A program made the translations under genes and the position numbers. From a virus: a stretch of 64,000 nucleotides of DNA. The number at the start of each line of letters is the position of its first letter. The first letter of the stretch is position 1. Where the stretch lies: the IMG/VR virus record IMGVR_UViG_3300026522_000001, positions 32,001-96,000 of that record; one strand, given 5' to 3'. Of the stretch, positions 18,866-26,571 are shown in pieces. A model generated the notes under the pieces. That model did no database searches. It saw only the letters and a program-made list of their open reading frames with translations, and was not told the DNA's origin.

Positions 18866-19630
18866 TTAGCCAAATGTTTCAGCTAAACTTGCTCCGTCAC
18901 CATTTTCATTGCCGGAATTGTTATCACCAATAATCTTTGACATAAAATCACTAACACCAGTGTTAGCTCCATTGCCATTAGAACCATTTGAACCAAATCC
19001 ACTATGTACTTGTTTTTCAATAAATGCACTATTAGATTCATCATTTGCGAAGTCTGCAATATAATCAGCAATAGAAAGTTCCGAACCATCATCACCTGTA
19101 ATCATAACAGTCTTGCCGTCCTTGTCTACTGTTGCTCTACTGCTAAACATATCAACAAACATGTCAGGCTTAATTACATGATTCTTTTCAAGCTCTTTTC
19201 TAATAGCTGTCTTTTTAACTCCATCAATTCTCATTTTCTGTTCTTTGGTGAGATTTTCTGTAAGTTCAGAAATCTGCTTTGCATCCTTTTCTGTTTGACG
19301 CTTTAGCTTTGTAAGCTCTCTATTGAGTTCCTTAATCTCATCAGGTGTAGCTCCACCACCTGCTTCTTTTAGCATTTCATCTTTCTTTTCTTGAATCATT
19401 GTGTCAATATCTTCTGCTTCAAAGTCAAGATTAAATGCTTTCTTTACAATATCTAGCTTTTCTAGGCTTGCCTTATTATCCTCTAGGGACTTGTTAGATG
19501 CTTCTAGGTCTTTCTTTGCCTTGTTAAGCTCTCTCTGTTGAGCATTATATTCTTTCTTTAGAATACTTGCCTTATCCTTATTTTCATCTGTATCAAGCCC
19601 AAGTGCCTTTGTAAGTTCTTCTAGTGTCAT
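18866..19630 (-). CDS. scaffolding protein
   Basis: K/E-rich coiled-coil protein between the portal and capsid genes. I moved the start to Met-17 (19630), which has a GGAGG RBS, because the promoter at 19684-19712 lies too close to the ORF-track start. Confidence 0.65.
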   Translation of the reverse strand: MTLEELTKALGLDTDENKDKASILKKEYNAQQRELNKAKKDLEASNKSLEDNKASLEKLDIVKKAFNLDFEAEDIDTMIQEKKDEMLKEAGGGATPDEIKELNRELTKLKRQTEKDAKQISELTENLTKEQKMRIDGVKKTAIRKELEKNHVIKPDMFVDMFSSRATVDKDGKTVMITGDDGSELSIADYIADFANDESNSAFIEKQVHSGFGSNGSNGNGANTGVSDFMSKIIGDNNSGNENGDGASLAETFG

Positions 19631-19683
19631 ATTTATCTTTTCCTCCGTAATAAAAATCTTTTTATAATTTTCATTCATTATAT

Positions 19684-19712
19684 ATTATAACATATTTTTA
19701 ATAATTTGTCAA
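19684..19712 (-). promoter_or_regulatory. sigma70-type promoter
   Basis: On the minus strand, TTGACA (19707-19712), a 17-nt spacer, and TGtTATAAT. Confidence 0.6.
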
Positions 19713-19787
19713 TACCTGTAAATATATATAAAAGTGTGTATAAAATCTCGTTATTAAACATATACAAATAATACATATTATTACCTC

Positions 19788-21260
19788 TTATACCGCTGTT
19801 GGCTGAACTGTCTTTATTGTACCTGCTTCTATTCCAGTACCCTTTTCAGGATTCTTCTCTAGGTCATTTATTACTTCTGTTACAACACTATTGTCAACAT
19901 CTTGAAGTACACTTCTTATTACCTGCTTCTTTACTTCTATATTAAATCCTTCGCAAATATTCATCGCTAAAGAAGAAGTAGCATTTGCAAGAACACTTGA
20001 AGCGTCTGTAACACTAAAGTTTTTATTATATACTACTGATATGTTATCAAGACTTTCACCAACATATAGCCCAAATATCTTTGCTATCTTTTTTTCTACT
20101 TCTTGTAGCCCATTAGCTAATTCTGTCAATGACTGATATAGCTGTTGGTTCATCATCTGCATAGCCGCACCAGAAACATTTGAAACATACTGTTGCTGTG
20201 TAAACTGCATGTTTGCCATTCTATAAATTTCTTTTATTAACATAGAAATTTCATTACTTATCATATCAGAAGCATGTGTATTAGGGCAAATCCATTCAGG
20301 TTTCTGACTACCATTTCTATATAATAGCAAATCAGAAGTTCCTATGTTTAGTGAATCAACATCTTCATAATCATCATCTTCACCTACTGGGTATACTAAT
20401 AGGTTAAATGCCTGATTACGTGTAATTTCTCTCCATTCACTGCAAGCATTAAACAGAGCTAAATTAGTTCTTGCTATTGCATACATATCAGATTGTGGAA
20501 TTAAATCATCACTATTATTTATAGTCCCATAGACAGGTATCATTGGTATAATACCAATAGTATTATCAAACTTTTCTGTATTGCCATCATAGCTTTTAAT
20601 ACAAAATTCTTTTGTCAATGTCCATGTCTCAAACATGGTTTTCTTATTACCTTCGCTGTCTATTGTATCATTCTCCACACTATATTTAATGTATACAAGT
20701 CTACCAAATTTATCTACAACATAATCTTCTATGTTTGCTGGACTAACTAAATATAGATATGGATATAGTCTATCATCAATAAATTTCTTTTTTGTTACAA
20801 CAGTAGTTTCATCTATTCTTGGTGCGTCTATTACAATAAATTCAACCCCATGTAGCTTTGCTCTTATAGCCGCTTTTTTCATAAATCTTGTCAATGATGT
20901 TCCGTTTCCATCAACGTCTGATAAAAACAAATTATAAGTTGATGAAATGTTCTGCCTAACAGGTTCATTCTTAAAAATAAGATTTATATTTGCATCTACT
21001 ATCGGCTTTACATAATTTATGAAATATGACATGTTCTTACGTCTTGTATATTTCTCTGCTGTTTCTCTCGGATGAGGAATTAAAGCATCTCCTGTTTCAA
21101 ACATACCATTTGCTCTATAAGCATCATCAAGTAATTTATATTTGTTAAATGGAGCACCACTATATGAAGCCATCAACTGATTTATTGTCTCATTATATTT
21201 CTTTTCAGTATATTCATGCTCACCTTTTAACGTGGAATACCTTTCACCTATTTGTGACAT
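19788..21260 (-). CDS. portal protein
   Basis: 490 aa, immediately downstream of the large terminase gene. The call rests on size and synteny. Confidence 0.7.
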   Translation of the reverse strand: MSQIGERYSTLKGEHEYTEKKYNETINQLMASYSGAPFNKYKLLDDAYRANGMFETGDALIPHPRETAEKYTRRKNMSYFINYVKPIVDANINLIFKNEPVRQNISSTYNLFLSDVDGNGTSLTRFMKKAAIRAKLHGVEFIVIDAPRIDETTVVTKKKFIDDRLYPYLYLVSPANIEDYVVDKFGRLVYIKYSVENDTIDSEGNKKTMFETWTLTKEFCIKSYDGNTEKFDNTIGIIPMIPVYGTINNSDDLIPQSDMYAIARTNLALFNACSEWREITRNQAFNLLVYPVGEDDDYEDVDSLNIGTSDLLLYRNGSQKPEWICPNTHASDMISNEISMLIKEIYRMANMQFTQQQYVSNVSGAAMQMMNQQLYQSLTELANGLQEVEKKIAKIFGLYVGESLDNISVVYNKNFSVTDASSVLANATSSLAMNICEGFNIEVKKQVIRSVLQDVDNSVVTEVINDLEKNPEKGTGIEAGTIKTVQPTAV

Positions 21261-21289
21261 CTAATTATATTCACCAACTTTCAAAATCA

Positions 21290-22636
21290 TTACAGGCCTA
21301 TACGGCGTGTAACATTTTCCATAGAATGTACTCTCTGTGTTTCCATTACTAAATATCTTAATGCATCGCAAGCGTGGTCATTAACCTTGCATGGACTATC
21401 TATACCTAACTGTTGTTTTTTTGAATCCCAACTATATGTATGTAATTCTTGTATTAGATTTGTACATTCTTTACTTATATATAATTTACCTTGTGAAAAC
21501 AATGTGGCTACTGTTCTTATTCCATCTAATACATCGTTATTAGCATTTTTTGTTTTCATATGGTATCTTCTTAACTGTAACTTAAAGCTATTTGCCGCAG
21601 GGTCTACAATTATAGGAATTTCTCTATATGTAAGCCCATCTGTTAAATATTCATTATCAGATATGAATTGTCTCATATCATTTGTATACTCAATATCTGT
21701 TTTTTGTGAATCATAGTCACCCTGTTCTTGAGCTTCTAATCTTCCTGCAAAATAATATTCTTTACATATATAAATATTTCCATTTATATCCTTAAAACCT
21801 AATTCAAAAGCTGTAGCATTTGCTGTTCCATAGTCTACACCAATATACCATTTTTCAGCCTTATCATAAGGTATATCGTCAGGATGTTTTATGTTTACTG
21901 GTGACAACATATCATATATTAGTCCATCAGCAACACACCATTTACCATCTATAAATCTACGTTTCCAAACACCACTATATAGCTGTTTGTATCTATCCTT
22001 TACTTCTTCTGAAAGTGAAGGGTTATCATCCATCGTGAAATGTAAATAGATTCCATTTATTTTTGGTAGCCTTTTTATTACATCTTTATAAAACCATGAC
22101 CAAGGACTACCAGGGTTTGAAGTAGTAAATATTTTTGCACCATCAACACTATGTCTTGCTACTAACTGATTATAGAACGATTCAGGCATTAGTACAACCT
22201 CGTCGATTAGTGAACAAGCAAGTGTTAAGCCCTGTACCATGTCTTGTGCTCTCTCATCTTTACCACCGAAGATATATACAAGATTACAAGTCTTTCCCTG
22301 ACGTAACTCTAAAAAGTTCTCACTTCTATGGTCTATTACTTCTATACCTAATGTTAAACATATTTGCTTTAGTGGATTTACTAAGTTTCTTCTTGCTGTC
22401 ATTACTGTCTTACCACTTATTGAAGCATTTTGATAGTTAAAATTTGACATTAAGAATAAAACAAAAGATGTTATAGCTACAACTGTTTTTCCTGAGCGGA
22501 CACTTCCGTCAGCTACACATATAAATTTATCTTTATATGGACTATCTTTTGTCCACCAAGATAATAATTCAAGTTGTTTTTTGCTAAATGGTTGAAACTT
22601 AAATGCTTTAGCAACAATACTCTTATTATTTGCCAT
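21290..22636 (-). CDS. terL: terminase large subunit (PBSX/XtmB-like)
   Basis: Walker A GSVRSGKT and Walker B LIDEV. The C-terminal nuclease region carries acidic motifs GVDYG and DHACDALRY. Confidence 0.9.
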   Translation of the reverse strand: MANNKSIVAKAFKFQPFSKKQLELLSWWTKDSPYKDKFICVADGSVRSGKTVVAITSFVLFLMSNFNYQNASISGKTVMTARRNLVNPLKQICLTLGIEVIDHRSENFLELRQGKTCNLVYIFGGKDERAQDMVQGLTLACSLIDEVVLMPESFYNQLVARHSVDGAKIFTTSNPGSPWSWFYKDVIKRLPKINGIYLHFTMDDNPSLSEEVKDRYKQLYSGVWKRRFIDGKWCVADGLIYDMLSPVNIKHPDDIPYDKAEKWYIGVDYGTANATAFELGFKDINGNIYICKEYYFAGRLEAQEQGDYDSQKTDIEYTNDMRQFISDNEYLTDGLTYREIPIIVDPAANSFKLQLRRYHMKTKNANNDVLDGIRTVATLFSQGKLYISKECTNLIQELHTYSWDSKKQQLGIDSPCKVNDHACDALRYLVMETQRVHSMENVTRRIGL

Positions 22637-22650
22637 TCAAATCTTTTCCT

Positions 22651-23370
22651 TTAGTAGTCTTTTGTCGCTTCTTTCCAATCATCATTTGAATCATTATTTT
22701 CTTCTTTTTGATTCTCATATAATTTCTTTGTTGATTTACTTATAGCATCAATAAGGCTATTTGAATCAGCTCCAGAATCTTTCTTTGTGCCCCAATCAAA
22801 GTAATTCTTTAGATTTTCCCATGCTTTATATTTATTTGGAAGTAATAGTTTTATTCCATCTCTGCCTTGTGAAACTTCTGACAAAAGACTTGTATCACAC
22901 TCATCACTATTCTTAAATTTAAGTCTACTTATTTTCTTAAATTTCTGATTTCCATTTTCATCTAAAACAGGACTACCATCTACGTCTGTTTCTGGTACTT
23001 CTTCTGTATAGAATGACATATAATCTCCTATGTCTGCTTTTGCTATTTTTAGATTATATTCTACATATTCTAGTGGGTCTATATCTAAAGTATATGCCAT
23101 TAACTTCTTTGCTCTTTTTAGTGCGGCCTGTATTTTAGGCTTTTTTATTTCCATATTTCCTAAAACACCTGCTGTTTTCTTATTCTTTACATTAAAAGCA
23201 CTAAAATAAGAAATTGTAGGATTTGAATTAGAAAGATATAGCATAACAAAATCTTTTTGTTTATCAGTTAAATCTGAATCACCAAAAATATCATCATATA
23301 TTTTTTCTCTTAATTCTTTATTTTCTTCAAAAGAATTAACAACACGCTCTTCTTCTTTTTTCTTTGCCAT
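22651..23370 (-). CDS. terS: terminase small subunit
   Basis: LTDKQKDFVMLYL is a Terminase_2-like helix-turn-helix. The gene lies directly upstream of terL. Confidence 0.7.
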   Translation of the reverse strand: MAKKKEEERVVNSFEENKELREKIYDDIFGDSDLTDKQKDFVMLYLSNSNPTISYFSAFNVKNKKTAGVLGNMEIKKPKIQAALKRAKKLMAYTLDIDPLEYVEYNLKIAKADIGDYMSFYTEEVPETDVDGSPVLDENGNQKFKKISRLKFKNSDECDTSLLSEVSQGRDGIKLLLPNKYKAWENLKNYFDWGTKKDSGADSNSLIDAISKSTKKLYENQKEENNDSNDDWKEATKDY

Positions 23371-23417
23371 CTAAAAAGTCCCCTTTATCTAAATGATTAG
23401 CATACTGTTATATCAGT

Positions 23418-23446
23418 ATTATAGCATATTTTTAATAAAAAATCAA
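23418..23446 (-). promoter_or_regulatory. sigma70-type promoter upstream of terS
   Basis: On the minus strand, TTGATT (23441-23446), a 17-nt spacer, and TATAAT (23418-23423). Confidence 0.55.
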
Positions 23447-23457
23447 GATATTATATA

Positions 23458-23493
23458 CAACAAAATAGCTACTGTGGTTAATCAGTAGCTATT
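23458..23493 (-). terminator. hairpin terminator after the tRNA cluster
   Basis: 11-bp stem AATAGCTACTG/CAGTAGCTATT followed by TTTTGTT on the minus strand. Confidence 0.5.
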
Positions 23494-23566
23494 TGCACAA
23501 GGAGACTGAAAAATGGAAACCGAATTCATTGGCAATCTTTATGTGTTTAGCATATTGATTGCATGT

Positions 23567-23640
23567 TGGAGCGAATAATCAGAATCGAACTGACATATTA
23601 TCCTTGGAGGGGATATGTTCTACCATTGAACTATATTCGC
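23567..23640 (-). tRNA. tRNA-Gly(UCC) with an unusual C33
   Basis: Cloverleaf GCGAATA-TA-GTTC-AATGGTA-GAAC-A-TATCC-CCTCCAA-GGATA-ATAT-GTCAG-TTCGATT-CTGAT-TATTCGC-T-CCA. The discriminator is U, as in bacterial tRNA-Gly. Confidence 0.75.
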
Positions 23641-23642
23641 AT

Positions 23643-23716
23643 TGGATGCGGAAGAAAGAGTTGCACTTTCATCTCCTGCCTATGAAACAAGTATTCTTCT
23701 GTTAAACTATTCCGCT
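23643..23716 (-). tRNA. divergent tRNA with CAU anticodon (Met or Ile2-type)
   Basis: AGCGGAA..CTTGT-TTCATAG-GCAGG..GAAAG-TGCAACT-CTTTC-TTCCGCA-T-CCA. It has an A1/A72 mismatch, no GG in the D-loop, and a non-TTC T-loop. Confidence 0.5.
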
Positions 23717-23717
23717 A

Positions 23718-24036
23718 TGGTTGAGATAGATGGGCTTGAACCATCGACCTTTGGTTTATCTTGCTACTACATATTTCTATGTCCACAAAAAATATTGTGT
23801 TGTAGTCTGGGCTATATCTTCATCATTTCAGATGGGCAACGTATAGTCTCTACGAATCCTGTGCAATCAGTTTTCTCGGTATTGTCTTTAGCATTACCTA
23901 GTAAGAGTTTCACCGATATAGTTGCCTGCACTTTATACATTAACTCATTACATTAAATCTATTGCAAGTAATGATTCTGTATAAAGGCTCATATTATGTT
24001 TAAGACCACTGCTCTAACCTACTGAGCTATATCTCA
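23718..24036 (-). tRNA. tRNA-Ile(UAU) interrupted by a group I intron
   Basis: Exon 1 (24036-24002) and exon 2 (23759-23718) form a canonical 77-nt cloverleaf with CCA once 23760-24001 is removed. The resulting anticodon loop is CTTATAA. Confidence 0.8.
23760..24001 (-). ncRNA. group I intron (242 nt, no ORF) between anticodon positions 34 and 35
   Basis: The 5' exon ends in U and the intron ends in G. R-like GTAGAGACTATACG and S-like AAGATATAGCC elements are present. Helices P2, P2.1, P3, P4, P6, P7, P8 and P9 can be drawn by hand. Confidence 0.75.
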
Positions 24037-24040
24037 ATTA

Positions 24041-24115
24041 TGGTGGGCTTACTAAGAATCGAACTTAGATTGTGGGATTAGAAGTCCCATGTATTATCCT
24101 TTATACTATAAGCCC
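24041..24115 (-). tRNA. tRNA-Arg(UCU)
   Basis: GGGCTTA-TA-GTAT-AAAGGATA-ATAC-A-TGGGA-CTTCTAA-TCCCA-CAAT-CTAAG-TTCGATT-CTTAG-TAAGCCC-A-CCA. All stems are perfectly paired. Confidence 0.9.
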
Positions 24116-24338
24116 ATTATTACAAGTTTTTTCCTGTTTCCCCACCAAGCAGAATGGAAAACTTGAAAAACCATCTAACACACCCACATATTACTATGTA
24201 TATATCCATATGTAATGTTAGTCCCTAAGCCAGCTTACATTTTACTAGACGCATTTGATAAAGATTTATAAATCATATATGTATAACTTTTTTCAATTAA
24301 TTGCTGTGTGCGTCTATTCCCTTACCGCTTATATATTT

Positions 24339-24367
24339 ATTATACCACAGGTTAAGCCCTGTGTCAA
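24339..24367 (-). promoter_or_regulatory. sigma70-type promoter driving a leader of about 220 nt plus the tRNA cluster
   Basis: On the minus strand, TTGACA (24362-24367), a 17-nt spacer, and TGgTATAAT (24339-24347). Confidence 0.65.
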
Positions 24368-24452
24368 TACCTTATTTTTTTTTATTCTCCAAACTTGAAA
24401 TTCTGTTCTCCCCGATGACATGTACTTATTCTAACACATATTAGCCCCAATG

Positions 24453-26009
24453 TCAACAGTATTTGAAAATTTCTTCGACAACGTCATAGCGGGACTTATT
24501 CAGCTGTCTGCAAAAGGCTTTATATGGGTCAAGTTCATTACAACAAACCATATCTACAAGCTCTTTACTAAATCCACTCAAAAGAATTACACCATTTCTT
24601 GAGCTTTGAATTGGGACTGTACCATCATTATAACAAGAGACATTCCAAAAAATGAGTTTAGGAAGTTCATACCCACAATCCTTATACTTCTTCTCAATAT
24701 TCTCAAATAATGTGTCATTTTCTTGTATATTTTGATTGCGTAATGGGAATCCAAATGCATCTGTATCACACATAGCAGTATTAAACTGCATATCAGAAAT
24801 GATAAGAACATTCTTTGGCATATCTGCCTGTGTCGCATTACACTTCTTTGCTGTTTTTAGGATGAGGTCAAATACAGATTCAACATTAGTTGTACTACAT
24901 TCTGTATTTTTCATTAGCTTTTCTATATTGTCCCTTAATGTATTGCAGTTTACTGTAATCATCTTTGGGTTATTAGAAAATGCCATGATTTTATCTTTGA
25001 ATACACCTGTATTATTTTTTGCACAATACAGAGCAATTGAATCCCCAATTTCCATCGCTGAAACATTTTTTGATACATATGATAACATAGAGCCACTTCC
25101 ATCTCTAACAACAAGCGTATCAGCAAATGTTTTTGGTTTCTTTTGAGATTCCCAAAGACTCTCTAGGGTATTGTCAACAGGTTTCATTCCAATGCCAAAA
25201 AAATTAGCATCTTTCTCATATGCATGAACTATGTCATACAAAAACATAGAATTAGCATTTATCTTATTTTCGCCACGAGCTACATCAATAAGATATTCAT
25301 TTCTTCTAGCAAAATCGTGCTTAAGAAAAGAATCCTTATACTTGATATTTGCTAAAGATGGTACATGAGAGTAATCTACTTTATCCCATTTATTTGAACT
25401 TAACTTTACCTCTAAAACATCTAGCCCTTTTCTTAGTTTAGAAAGTGTTTTTCTATACTGTGAAGGAGACATTCTAAAATATTTTCTAAGTTCATTACCA
25501 ACTGCTACTGTTTTCTTTGAAGATGTATTGATACTCGGCATCCATTTTGCTAAAAGACTGTATGGCTTTCCATTGGAATAATTATATAAGTCATCATAAA
25601 GCTGTTCTTGCAAAATCCCTGCAATATATATTTTTAAGTCATCATATTTTGTATTTGCAAAAAGATAAATATAGTCGTCCCATCTGCCAAATTCAGGCAA
25701 GTCAACCGTGTAAATAAATCTATAGAAAATAGACATATCGATTTCTGTAAGATGAAGTAGCAACTTTCTAAAAGTATCTCTTTCACCCATTCCTTCTCTG
25801 ACATCTCTCAAAAAGAGAAGGAATCTTAATGTCATAGCTTTATCTTGATAATATGCTTCATCAAAAAGAGAATAATCTATTGGATTTTCCCTAAATGATG
25901 AAACTTTATAGAAAAAATCTAAAAGTTTACTGCCTGTTGTAGCATAAGCTACTGCACCATTTTCTGTTGTTGTTTTTACATTGTTTTCAAGATTTTCAAT
26001 AAAATTCAT
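24453..26009 (-). CDS. DUF2828-type protein with a Ro60/TROVE-like N-terminus and a C-terminal vWA domain
   Basis: The N-terminus TTENGAVAYATTGSKLLDFF resembles the TROVE entry motif (N-x-E/N-G-G/A-x-A-F/Y). The C-terminal MIDAS motif VVRDGSGSM is followed by ISDMQFN. This TROVE-plus-vWA architecture matches Ro60. Confidence 0.6.
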   Translation of the reverse strand: MNFIENLENNVKTTTENGAVAYATTGSKLLDFFYKVSSFRENPIDYSLFDEAYYQDKAMTLRFLLFLRDVREGMGERDTFRKLLLHLTEIDMSIFYRFIYTVDLPEFGRWDDYIYLFANTKYDDLKIYIAGILQEQLYDDLYNYSNGKPYSLLAKWMPSINTSSKKTVAVGNELRKYFRMSPSQYRKTLSKLRKGLDVLEVKLSSNKWDKVDYSHVPSLANIKYKDSFLKHDFARRNEYLIDVARGENKINANSMFLYDIVHAYEKDANFFGIGMKPVDNTLESLWESQKKPKTFADTLVVRDGSGSMLSYVSKNVSAMEIGDSIALYCAKNNTGVFKDKIMAFSNNPKMITVNCNTLRDNIEKLMKNTECSTTNVESVFDLILKTAKKCNATQADMPKNVLIISDMQFNTAMCDTDAFGFPLRNQNIQENDTLFENIEKKYKDCGYELPKLIFWNVSCYNDGTVPIQSSRNGVILLSGFSKELVDMVCCNELDPYKAFCRQLNKSRYDVVEEIFKYC

Positions 26010-26273
26010 CTTTTTTCTTCCTTCCTAGATACAAAATAATTATCCCATATTATTATTTATTATTGATTGCTGTATGTATCTAAATAAATTAAAATTATAT
26101 TATAAATACTTTAGGTTATGAATACCAAAACAAATCAATACAATTCCTGAAATTAGAATAAGACTAACTAGCATTATATATCTCCAAAAAGCAATTTGCT
26201 TTAACATCTATTGGTTTCATCATTTTGACTACTTATGCTATCCACCACGTAAAGGTTGATGTTACTGGATAAC

Positions 26274-26354
26274 TGCCCCTGACAGGATTCGAACCTGCAC
26301 GTCTTTCGACAACGGATTTTGAATCCGCACTGTCTTCCATTCCAGCACAAGGGC
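26274..26354 (-). tRNA. tRNA-Leu(CAA), long variable arm, no encoded CCA
   Basis: GCCCTTG..GCGGA-TTCAAAA-TCCGT, a variable arm TGTCGAAAGACGT, then GCAGG-TTCGAAT-CCTGT-CAGGGGC-A. Confidence 0.85.
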
Positions 26355-26445
26355 AATAATTGGTTTTTTCGTTTTTTCCTTAACGACCTAGCTTTTCAGA
26401 TGCGTTTTAGTGCTGGCCAGTCACTTCAAGCATAGTCCTATCCGC

Positions 26446-26565
26446 TTGACACTCCCCATGCCTAAAGGCAGGGGATTCTTGGTTCAACGACCAGTGCACC
26501 GCTTCCAAGGAATTGGTGTCTTACATGATTTCCCCAAGCGTGAATTCCCGTGTGTCCCACGGTAT
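26446..26565 (-). ncRNA. promoter-proximal conserved structured element, copy B (5' leader ahead of tRNA-Leu)
   Basis: It starts about 7 nt downstream of the -10 box at 26572-26577. It shares the 219-327 consensus and proposed helices P1 GGGAATTC/GAATCCCC, P2 CGCTT/AAGCG, and hairpins CCAA-TTCC-TTGG, TGGT..ACCA and CCCCTGCC..GGCATGGGG. Confidence 0.5.
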
Positions 26566-26571
26566 GTTTAT

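Noticed and set aside
23567-23640. I first read this tRNA as tRNA-Trp(CCA), or as a possible suppressor linked to the in-frame TGA at 35627.
   Set aside because: With the only good 5-bp anticodon stem (TATCC/GGATA), the 7-nt loop is CCUCCAA. Positions 34-36 are therefore UCC (Gly). The discriminator base is U, as in tRNA-Gly, not G as in tRNA-Trp. No UCA anticodon is present.
23642-23956. 104-aa plus-strand ORF in the ORF track.
   Set aside because: It runs antisense across two tRNA genes and the group I intron. It has no RBS and is an artefact of the ORF-free structured region.
23718-24036. I considered reading the intron-containing tRNA as tRNA-Leu(UAA), because the 5' exon continues CTTAAAC.
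   Set aside because: The tRNA has a short 5-nt variable loop (AGGTC) and an Ile-like body, not a class II Leu structure. The group I rule (5' exon ends in U, intron ends in G) fixes the junction at CTT|ATAA, giving anticodon UAU.
26446-26552. tRNA-like T-arm reading of GGTTCAACGACC on the plus strand of the repeated element, in the style of a YrlA-type Y RNA.
   Set aside because: The putative T-stem does not close a canonical 7-nt loop, because position 53 (G) would face position 61 (A). The only promoter evidence is for minus-strand transcription.
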